DNA of 64,000 nucleotides from Octopus sinensis (Eukaryota), in contig NC_042997.1 in the NCBI RefSeq assembly GCF_006345805.1, positions 78,492,001-78,556,000 on the forward strand, in the 5' to 3' direction. Both the position numbers and the translations under genes were made by a program. The stretch's first letter is position 1, and each line of letters begins with the position of its first letter. Below are positions 25,761-35,614 of this stretch, piece after piece. Below the pieces are notes generated by a model. That model worked only from the letters and a program-made list of their open reading frames with translations. It made no database searches and was not told the origin of the DNA.

Positions 25761-25860
25761 ATTAACCTGAAGATTGACTATAACTATAATTCGAATTTTT
25801 AATTGAACTTAAATTATTGTAATTCGAATTAGGTTATGGCCATGAAACGTACGTAGTGGT
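25761..25860 (+). ncRNA. Type I hammerhead ribozyme with a long helix II
   Basis: CTGAAGA at 25767; helix II TTGAC-TATAAC/GTTATG-GCCAT (2 mismatches); GAA-ACGTACGT-A (palindromic helix III); GUA site at 25855; helix I imperfect. Confidence 0.65.
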
Positions 25861-26135
25861 TTTACTTATTATCTTATATTAAACATTTTAATAGTTTTTG
25901 ATAGTTATATTTTTTTTAATTAAAAATTTAAAAATTTATTAATTTAAAATTTTAAAATATTTAAAAAATTAAAAATTTATAAATATAAATTTTTAAAATT
26001 TTAAATTAAATAATTCAAATTTTAAATTTCATATTTTATATATTTTGTATATCATATTAATTATGTTTATTTTTATGTTTTGGTTTATGTTTTTCATTGT
26101 TTGATTTGCCTAATAGTGGTTTTATCTCTAATTTA

Positions 26136-26189
<54 letters not shown>

Positions 26190-26191
<2 letters not shown>

Positions 26192-26345
26192 GGTAAAGAC
26201 CCCCTTCGGTCATGAATGACCATGGGATTGCACCTAGAAAGTTACCCTCCTAGACACAAGTCCGGGCAAGGTTGTTTATGGAAGACCAGCAGTCGCCCAT
26301 GCATACCAGCCTCCCCTCTTCACGCCACCAGTGTTATCCGAGGGA
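26190..26345 (-). mobile_element. SINE tail fragment (family of 50683-51005)
   Basis: Reverse complement of about 50870-51000. Confidence 0.75.
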
Positions 26346-26685
26346 ATATGTATGTTTGTGTATGTTGATATATATATGCACATTTTAATAAAAATATGTA
26401 TTGCAGTGTAATATTTATAACAGGTGTAATTCCTATGAATTAATTTATACTTTCTTCATTAATGTCAATATGTATTTTATTCAATGTAAGGTTTTTCCTC
26501 GGATTTTATAATTTTTATAAGCTTTTTTATATATATATACATATATTTTTGACCTTTTTGTTTATCGCTCGAAGATTGACCGTTTTTTTCTAAAGGGCCA
26601 ATCAAACAAGTCCATTTCTTTTTAAAGGTGTAGCGTTTGTAAGAGTCTAGATTGAATTGATATATCAGTTCCATTCTAGCAAAAA

Positions 26686-26723
26686 CTGTCTGATGAACGG
26701 CAACGAGAAACTCAGAGTAACAG
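26686..26723 (+). ncRNA. Compact type I hammerhead ribozyme
   Basis: Helix I CTGT/ACAG (extends AAAA/TTTT); CTGATGA; A-CG-GCAA-CG-A; GAA-ACT-CAG-AGT-A; GUA site at 26719. Confidence 0.75.
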
Positions 26724-26756
26724 ATTTTGTTGAATTTTCTGCTGCTTAAAATAAAG

Positions 26757-26788
<32 letters not shown>

Positions 26789-28502
26789 GTGTGTTCTTAT
26801 ATGTATGCATTATGAGCATAACCACATCCCCACAACAGACATTCATGTAAACAGTTTTCTAGTTTTTCTACCACAGACCGTTTGATGACTATCTAGCTCT
26901 GATTCTTTTTTTTTGTAAGAAATGTACCTCATAGAATTTATTCTGATTATTCTTTTACGTGTTTCAGTCATGTAACTGCGGCCATGCTGGGGTACCGCCT
27001 TTAGTCGAACAAATCGACCCGAGGACTTATTCTTTGTAAGCCTGATACTTAATTATCAAGGAATTTATGAATGGCGGCTCAGTCCTTATGTATTTACTCA
27101 AAATAGAATGGAAATCCGCCAGTAGATAAGCCATCTTTTGACATGAAGAAGAGAAGTGTTCCAGTGGAACTGATAATAAAAATATAAACATCTTGTGTTG
27201 GTCCTCCGACATGTGACCTTCCATGAGTAACAAACCGGTTTTTGCAAGTGCATTACGACCAAAGAATGCGCAGATATGCGGGTGAGATTATTTCTGGTCA
27301 CTCTATTAAGCAGAACAACTTCCTAGGGTTCTCTATTCGCTAGGCAATCCGAATTTTCTCGGACTGCAGGCTGTCATTCCTGGTTAGAGACCGACATTTC
27401 CTTCTGTTCATTGCAAACTGTTCCTAATTAATGCCGATAATTCAAAGACTAAAAATTATCTCTTTAGGTTTGTGCTGGGGTCTCTTACCGAATATTAATT
27501 CACCATAAGGCAACTACGTCGAAAACCTGACAACATCAAGTCGAATTATATAACCAACTCGCACCATATCTTTTTTATGAGGCAACCTTTCATACTGAGA
27601 GAACTCGCCCTTTCAGTTCAATATCATGCGCAAAATATTTTTGACTGACATTTAATATTAGTCTTAACCATCTTTCAAGTATTTTGATGTGTCGTTGATA
27701 CACTGTAATTGTCTCTAACGATTTGAGAAGGGATTGATGAGGCAATCGTAGATCCAAAGCTTGGTGGAAATTTTCAAGTTACCTTCTCATCAGATTCGTT
27801 TCTCAAGTCTCCCAAACACGAGTGAAATATTTTCAATCTTCAAGCTGACTTCAGAATATAAGGGTCTATCGCTTGAGACATAGCTGCCAAGGCGCTAAAA
27901 AAATTCAACAATATCAAGACTGGTCTGTTGGACAAGTATACTTGGTGTCGTATACAATTCACTGGGAACACGTGTAAACCTGGGATGTTTAGGTTAATTA
28001 CAAATCCAAAAGCAGAAGAGGCACTGGAAAAGTTCTTTCTCAGAGAGGGTCACAAGTTATAAAATTCCTCAATTTAGCATTGAAAAAGCTCGGATTAAAC
28101 AGATAACCCACTGTGCGATAACGAACAATATTACTTAGATTACAGTCCGGAAATGCATGAGCCATTATGTCTACATGAATAAAGTTGCTGCAATCCCTGC
28201 TTAATACCGTTGCCCACAAGAACAGGTTACGACTGAGCACCATTTGAATTGAATTACACTTTCATACAAGTGTGTAATTCAACAAACATAAAAAACTTAG
28301 GTGAATACCCCAACCTTCCTAGGATTTTCCAAACTGCATTTCTCTTCACCATATCAAAAGCTTGAGTTAAGCCAACAAAAACTAGGTAAACGAGAAATCT
28401 GTTCACAAATCTTGAAAGAGTTTGACACTAAAATCGGATGGTTGAATAGATTGATAGATAGACAGACAGACAGACAGACAGAAGGCAGACAGGCAGGCAG
28501 GC

Positions 28503-28609
<107 letters not shown>

Positions 28610-28630
28610 CAGATAGATAGATAGACAGAC

Positions 28631-28732
<102 letters not shown>

Positions 28733-28875
28733 GGACAAGATCGTTAATTTAAATATCGATCCTATCAAGTGGCCATCATGGGAATAAAAACCTTCAAAGG
28801 TAATAATTATTATAAACATTATATTTTAGGGTATCTAAGAGATGCTGCCACGCTGGATACCCTAGATTATAATTT

Positions 28876-28970
<95 letters not shown>

Positions 28971-29793
28971 GTATCGTGAGTGTGTATTCATACAAATATG
29001 CGTCTGTGTGTTTCTGTTAGTGTGTAGTAACAAATATTCTAGGAAATGTTTATTCTACAACACACCCAGAAATGATATACTTCACATTTTTTATTGATGC
29101 CAGTATTTATACCTATTCACAAAATGCACAAACACACAAGCACATACAGAAGCACTCAACTATACGCACACGCAGGCCTACACGCACACACAGATACACA
29201 CACACATGCTAGTGTGTGTGTGTGTGTGTGTGTAAATTTGTTTATGTATATATGCGTGTATATATGCGTTTGTTACATTAGTGTTGCCTTACATTTTCTG
29301 AACTGAAAACCAAATAATGGCAAATCCTCTTCCAATGATCAAAAGGAGATTTCAGAAAAATCGTAATGAAATTAGTAAAGGATATAGATGTGGGGGAGAT
29401 GGAGAGATAAGAAATAAGAAATAGTATTGGGGAAGATAGGCAGAAAAATATTTAAACAATTTGAATTTGGCAAAGATAAGTAATGTACGAAATCACTAAT
29501 ATTTTGAGAAATCTTGGCAAAGGTCATTATTACAAGGATTTTTTAAAAGCATTTAATATTTCTCTTTTTCTTTTTCTTCGTTTTTATATGGCATCTTGGT
29601 GAATAACAGTGTTGTTAGCTTATAGGCTCAGAACAACTTGTTAGTCACGAGTTCACTTCTTTCCGACGGCGACGTGTATCAAGGGATTGCATGGTCAAAC
29701 TCGTGCGAAATGATACACGTTCTTCATGTGTTCGTGTGTTTGTGTGTGCGTGCGTGCGTGCGTGCGTGCGTGTGCGTGTGTGTGTATGTAGGT

Positions 29794-30070
29794 GAAGGCG
29801 CGTGGCTTAGTGATTAGGGTCTCTGTCTTACGATCGTAAGGTCGTGAGTCGATACCTGGCGTCGCGTTGTATCCTTAAGCAAGACACTTTATTTCACGCT
29901 GCTCTTGTCCATTCAGCTAGCAAAAATGAGTAATAGCTGTAATTCAAAGGGTCACCCTTGTCACAATTTGTGTCACGCTGAATATCCCTGAGAAATACGT
30001 TTAGAGTACGGATGTTTGTGGAGTGCCCGGTCACTTACATGTTAATTTCACGAGCAGGTTGTTCTGTTAG
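29794..30070 (+). mobile_element. tRNA-derived SINE
   Basis: Head GGCGCGTGGCTTAGTGATTAG..GTGAGTCGATACC, then a body shared with 50683. Confidence 0.7.
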
Positions 30071-30143
30071 TGTATGTATATGTATGCATATGAACGTATG
30101 TATATATATATATGTACATATATATATATATTATATATATATA

Positions 30144-30175
<32 letters not shown>

Positions 30176-30230
30176 TTAGTGAGGGAAGAAATGGAGCTGA
30201 ACGAAGATTTTACAAAATTCCTTTTTATTA

Positions 30231-30314
30231 TTTTCTACATATGTTTCAAAGGCTGCAAATTTCCTAATTCGGATTGAATAAGGAGACCATTTTGCAGCTT
30301 TCTCTTCAGGAAAA
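30231..30314 (-). ncRNA. Type I hammerhead ribozyme
   Basis: Minus strand TTTTC-CTGAAGA-GAAAGCTGCAAA..TTTGCAGCCTTT-GAA-ACATATGT-A-GAAAA; one helix II mismatch. Confidence 0.8.
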
Positions 30315-31083
30315 TCCAGGAACTTAAATCTCCAAACAAATGCGCAGCAAGCTTTTCGACAAACGCTCTCTAGGAGCCCATGGTATGAATGGCACAAAAC
30401 TGTCTCTCAATATGCGTTGACGTCAGGGTGGGTGAGAGCCGACGAAAAAGTCCGTTGAGATAATTCGAGGTCAAAATCCGGTTAACATTGGGGAGGGGAA
30501 GAATTACAGAAAACCAAAGAGTGTGAATATGTTCTGTATAACTAGTGTTAATATTCGAATTGTTTTAAGAATGAAAGCTATCGTATTTGGGTGTGAGAAA
30601 CTACCTACATGTATGTGTGTGTGCGCCTATGTATGTGTGGCAGTATGTTTAGGAAGCAGCTAGGGAGAAATATATTGCAGCTATTGATGGTCAAGCAGCT
30701 GATAAAAACCTGTGTCTGTGTGTTCGTCTGTGACCAGTTTATAGAGAGATGAATTGTCAACAAGGGGAGTGTAATCCCTGATAGTGTTTCTAAATAAGTA
30801 GCAGATCATACGCTAAAAGGGGAGTAATTTCCCCTTTCAAATTTAATTCAAAATTTTTTCCAAATTTTTTTCAAAAATTTTTTTCTTTCTTAGGACATCA
30901 AGGTGTTAATTATCTTAGACTTCAATTGTATGCAAGAAATGTATGCCGTCTCCAGTGGGGACATCTAAAAGAGTTTTGCAAAATCGAGTTAACTAGTTGC
31001 CCTCGGGCGAACAAAATGTGAAAAAGTTCAGAGTTGCAAAGATTACAGATTCTTTTGCCTCTATCAAACGGTACAGACACCGA

Positions 31084-31672
31084 TTAAATCGACCATTCCA
31101 GTCTAAAGGCTGAATTCGCGTTCTTCAAACGCCAGACTAATTTACTTAGTCCGGTCGCGTGTTGCTTTCCAAAATCGCGAAACGTTGTGAAGTGGTTCGA
31201 TATTCTAACGGCCAATTTTGATGATGACGCTCCGATATACAAGTAGACATCTGATTCAGTATAAACTCTGCATTGGTAAATGGCATTTCTAATCTTGGAA
31301 TTACTAGATAAGAACCTTATTCTATTGGGATTGGCTTCCGATATTAATACGGCGTTCTTATTACTATGATGATTGTAAGAACTACGGCTGTCTTCGACAT
31401 TATACACCCCATTATCAATACTATTTAATGGAATATCACCTGTATATTCCCTGCCACTGAGATCGCTGTGATTGCTAATGTCCGTGATGCTACTGTTGTT
31501 AAAACCGCTGCTAAAATTGTTATTGGGACTCCCTACATTAATGACTTGGACAGTGCTCTCATCCCTATTACCATTACTAACGTTAATGCCGCCACCATTG
31601 CTCTTATCCTTATTCCTATTATTAACTCCATGGCTGGTATGGAGATTCCTAATTTCTGTGCCGGTTCTATTA

Positions 31673-31709
<37 letters not shown>

Positions 31710-31803
31710 TGCGCGTTATTCTGGCATTAGACGGAGCTGCGTCTCCGAACGTGGGTGAGAGGGTCTTATTTATATATATATATAAACAAGAAAAAAGCAA
31801 CAA
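31084..31803 (-). pseudogene. Open frame (239 aa, no ATG) encoding an Asn-rich linker plus a PLE GIY-YIG endonuclease, C-terminally truncated
   Basis: AIYQCRV..YLYIGASSSKLAVRISNHFTTFR..TGLSKLVWRLK..LEWSI; the track start codon is TTG. Confidence 0.8.
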
Positions 31804-31816
31804 AAATGGATTAGTT

Positions 31817-31907
31817 TTTCAGTACAATTGTTTCATACGAAGACCAGCTTTATTAAAGGCTGCAAATATTGCAGCAAATACAAGTGACCCGTACTCATCA
31901 GCCGAAA
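31817..31907 (-). ncRNA. Type I hammerhead ribozyme (intact core)
   Basis: Minus strand TTTCGG-CTGATGA-GTACG..CGTAT-GAA-ACAATTGT-A-CTGAAA; GUA site at 31823. Confidence 0.85.
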
Positions 31908-32104
31908 CACATATGAGTTCTCCAAACATCTTCTCTAATGTTGCACAGTCTTATAACAGCTCCTCATATCTCCAGAAATCAAACCTACATCATTATGAAT
32001 GGATTTACATTTTCTGTGAAGCTATCAGATTTTTTAAAAAACTTTTTAAGACCTGTTATAAGACTGTGCAACATTAGAGAAGATGTTTGGAGAACTTATG
32101 TGTG

Positions 32105-32195
32105 TTTCGGCTAATGAGTACGAGTCACTTATATTTGCTGCAATACTTGCAGCCTTTAACAAAGCTGGTCTTCGTATGAAACAATTGTACTGAAA
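32105..32195 (+). ncRNA. Hammerhead copy with a G5A core mutation (CUAAUGA)
   Basis: TTTCGG-CTAATGA-GTACG..CGTAT-GAA-ACAATTGT-A-CTGAAA. Confidence 0.75.
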
Positions 32196-32343
32196 AATTA
32201 ATCCATTTTTGTTGCTTTTTTCTTGTTTATAATCACCCCGCATTATCTTATGGTTAATACGATATAGATTTCTGGTGCATCTAAGTTAAGTACCGCATTC
32301 ATGTGAATTCAACAGAACTCAATTGAATCTTAATTGCTTTTAC

Positions 32344-32408
<65 letters not shown>

Positions 32409-32948
32409 GGCAAGAAGTTGTTAGTTTGTCATGGGCCAAAAAAAATTCAACTTTTTGCCTAATGCAAGCCTGTTGCAGTCTCATCTTTTACATTATTTCA
32501 GTATTACGTTCAAAAGTGAAACAATAACATCTCCATTCTAACATGGAATAATACTTTCAGTTTTAATACTTCCACTATTAATACTGTCTACATGTATATA
32601 ACAGATACATAGTGAAACTATTAATACTGAAACTATTATATAATATATCTGAATATATATATATATATATCAACAATTGAGGGTAAAATTAATTAATTAA
32701 TCAATTTCACCAAGTGTTCAGTATGTAAAGGACCATTTAAGGCGAATTCAAAATATTACATTATATAATTAGGGCTTAGTAAAATAAATTACTTTGCCAC
32801 ATACTGAACTTAGTAGAAATAGCAGCCAAAAAAATTTTTTTAGCTATTTCTACTACTTAAAGAAAATTTCTCTCAGATAATGTTTACTCCAGACAGCTCA
32901 CGAAGGTTTGGAGGTAAATACAGAAAAATATCACAAGTACATAGATCG

Positions 32949-33011
32949 TTTAAGTACGTCAACGTTTCAAGATTAGCCAAATAAAATCAGCATTTCTTTC
33001 GTCAGCTCAAA
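32949..33011 (-). ncRNA. Type I hammerhead ribozyme (intact core)
   Basis: Minus strand TTTGAG-CTGACGA-AAGA..TCTT-GAA-ACGT-TG-ACGT-A-CTTAAA. Confidence 0.8.
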
Positions 33012-33176
33012 ATTTCTTAATTTGGATTTGGAAACACTAAAAAGAAGGAACTTTACCTATCAGCGAACTTGTCGCTTCAGATGAACCACTCCAACTAACA
33101 GTGTCAACAAACTCAAAATGCGCAGGCGTAAATTTCTGTACTCCGCTTCCACCCACGTGGTCTATCTAGCAAACAT

Positions 33177-33214
<38 letters not shown>

Positions 33215-33367
33215 ATAGGCGCAGGAATGGCTTTATAGTAAGTAGCTTGCTTATCAGCCACATGGTTCCGGGTTCAGTCCCACTGCATGGCACCTCGGGC
33301 AAGTCTCTACTACTATAGCCTCGTGCCGACCGAATCCTTGTGGCTGGATTTGGTAGAAAGCGGTCCG

Positions 33368-33428
<61 letters not shown>

Positions 33429-33500
33429 ATATATATATATGGGAAGACAGCAAAAGAATGAAAGAGGCCCCGATATTATGTAAATAGAAGAATTTATCTG

Positions 33501-33679
33501 TAAATATGATATGTGACAATTATTCGGTAGCCATGATAAAACTCCGAGTTTCGGATGTCGGGGCCGAAACCCACGGCGGCATCTCTTCATTTTTTTCGAT
33601 GGCCCGATAACGATGGCCCCGACATCTGAAACTCGGAGTTTTATCATGGCTACCGAATAATTGTCACATATTATATTTA
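33501..33679. repeat. 65-bp inverted repeat of a PLE-terminal/HHR sequence
   Basis: Arms 33501-33565 and 33615-33679; homologous to 11875-11935; the minus strand reads aTGAAGA-GATG..CATCC-GAAACTCGGAGTT (C3 lost). Confidence 0.85.
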
Positions 33680-33793
33680 CATATATATATATATATATAT
33701 ATAAATTAATTAAGGGTAGAAATTGATATTAGTCAATTTAAACCAGTGGTCTAGCATATTAAAAAGAATCCGAAGATTAAAATATTATATATA

Positions 33794-33913
33794 CCAATTA
33801 AGGACTGAACACGAAAAGTGGACAGTCAACATGCTAGATATAGACGTCAAATGGCGATTTGACGTCTATATCTAGCATGTTGACTGTCCACTTTTCGTGT
33901 TCAGTCCTTAATT

Positions 33914-33915
<2 letters not shown>
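33794..33915. repeat. Perfect 59-bp-arm palindrome with a 4-nt loop (GGCG) between TA tracts
   Basis: 33794-33852 and 33857-33915 are exact reverse complements. Confidence 0.95.
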
Positions 33916-33981
<66 letters not shown>

Positions 33982-34198
33982 TGTTTGATTTTGTACCCCC
34001 CACCATCGCTTAACAACCGCTACTGGTGTCTTTATGTCCCCGTAACCTAGCGTTTCGGCAAAAAGTGAGCTATAGAATAAGTACTAGGCTTACAAAGAAT
34101 TAGCTCTGGGGTCGATATGTTCGACTAAAGGCTGGTCCCATCAAATGATTGAAATAATATATATATATATATATATATAATGGGTAACTTAAATATGG

Positions 34199-34373
34199 CA
34201 CCATGCTAGAGATAGTAGTCAAAACTTGACTCTAAAGCCACGTCAGGTATTCATACACCACCAGGAGAAAAGACAGAGACATATAATCTAGCAAAAAATT
34301 AATTTCTCCTGGTGCTCTATGAATACTTGATGTGGTTTAGAGTCAAGTTTTGACTGCTATCTGTAGCGTGGTG
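34199..34373. repeat. Imperfect ~71-bp inverted repeat with a 32-bp spacer
   Basis: Arms 34199-34270 and 34303-34373. Confidence 0.85.
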
Positions 34374-34460
34374 GTATCTTTTAGATACCCTTAATTATAC
34401 TTTTTTTTTTACTTTACGCTTGCATATTTTGAGATACTCGTAAATTTATGCTAAGGAATA

Positions 34461-34528
34461 CTGTCGCTGATGAGAGCAGTAGGTAATTGTTTTAAAAATT
34501 TAGGCTTGAAACACGATTGTGTACGCAG
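34461..34528 (+). ncRNA. Type I hammerhead ribozyme
   Basis: CTGTCG-CTGATGA-GAGC..GCTT-GAA-ACAC-GATT-GTGT-A-CGCAG; GUA site at 34523; one helix I bulge. Confidence 0.75.
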
Positions 34529-34770
34529 TTAACCAAAAATCGTTCATTCATTATTTTTCTTTTGCTCGCCTACAATATAGTGTGTTATTCTCGGAGATTT
34601 CTTGCAGTGCATGGTGAGTCGTAAAGCCGATCCCTTGTTATAATCACGTATATAATTATAAAATATTTTGTAAAATTTACCTACGAAGTCTTTAATTCCG
34701 CACTGACCACCTGGTAAAATTATTATTGATTTTACCCTTTTATTATAATTAATATTTGTATAAATATATA

Positions 34771-34821
<51 letters not shown>

Positions 34822-35176
34822 GTACATACATACACTCTCACACAAATGAACCCACACATACATTCCTACACACACACACGCACGTACAAGCACACACACA
34901 CGCACGTACAAGCACACACGCACTAGGTTAAACAGTTGCCCGCCACCCACCCACACTCTACGCATACACACACGAACACACACATGCACACACACACACA
35001 CACTACAAACAACACACACACATGATACATATAGCCCTTTGTTTTTTTGACCCGGCTTTGACCTGGCCTGATACAAACAGCTAGTAGTCATTGACAGCTA
35101 GCTTTGTCATTGCCTTTATTCACCAAAAATACACACACACACACACACACGCACGCACAAACACACTTGTCATCTT

Positions 35177-35217
<41 letters not shown>

Positions 35218-35360
35218 TTCCTTTTTTGGAACTCTCTGCCTTGTAAAACCATGTTTCGACCACCTTCACTTTCTGTTCTTTCAACATGTGATCTCTTGAG
35301 CACTACCATCTCAAATATTTTCTCCTCTGTCTTCCCTCCTTGGGATCTTTCCTTCTCCTT

Positions 35361-35395
35361 GTTTCCGACGAAGAGCTCCGCTCGAAACGTTAAAC
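35361..35395 (+). ncRNA. Minimal hammerhead-like motif (U4C variant)
   Basis: GTTT-CCGACGA-A-GAGC-TCC-GCTC-GAA-ACGT-T-AAAC; partial copy of a related terminus on the minus strand at about 20560-20607. Confidence 0.55.
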
Positions 35396-35512
35396 CCTCC
35401 TTCCCTTCTTTCCTGAGCGTCAATAATACTTTAATTGTTCCACGTCCTGCGTTGCTGTGTTTTTTTCTCATTTTTTTTCTTTTTTCTGTGTTTTCTTGTT
35501 TGGATTAACTTT

Positions 35513-35599
<87 letters not shown>

Positions 35600-35614
35600 A
35601 TAAGTGTTAAATAT

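Larger units (their letters stand above)
31781..32231. repeat. 179-bp inverted repeat with a 93-bp spacer; each arm carries an HHR
   Basis: Arms 31781-31959 and 32053-32231, about 93% complementary. Confidence 0.92.
33217..34157 (+). mobile_element. SINE split at its internal (TA)n tract by nested insertions
   Basis: Head 33217-33365 and tail about 33978-34157 match the family of 20077-20482. Confidence 0.75.

Noticed and set aside
25200-26130. Mitochondrial insertion (NUMT) suggested by extreme AT content
   Set aside because: No recognisable mitochondrial rRNA, tRNA or protein motif; it contains a PLE-type hammerhead instead
27765-27800. Minus-strand CTGATGA-G-AAG-GTAA-CTT-GAAA hammerhead-like core
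   Set aside because: No helix I pairing can be formed; probably chance
31472-32077. 201-aa Leu-rich plus-strand ORF with a signal-peptide-like look
   Set aside because: It is the antisense of the Asn-rich GIY-YIG frame and the (ATT)n repeat, and runs into a non-coding inverted repeat
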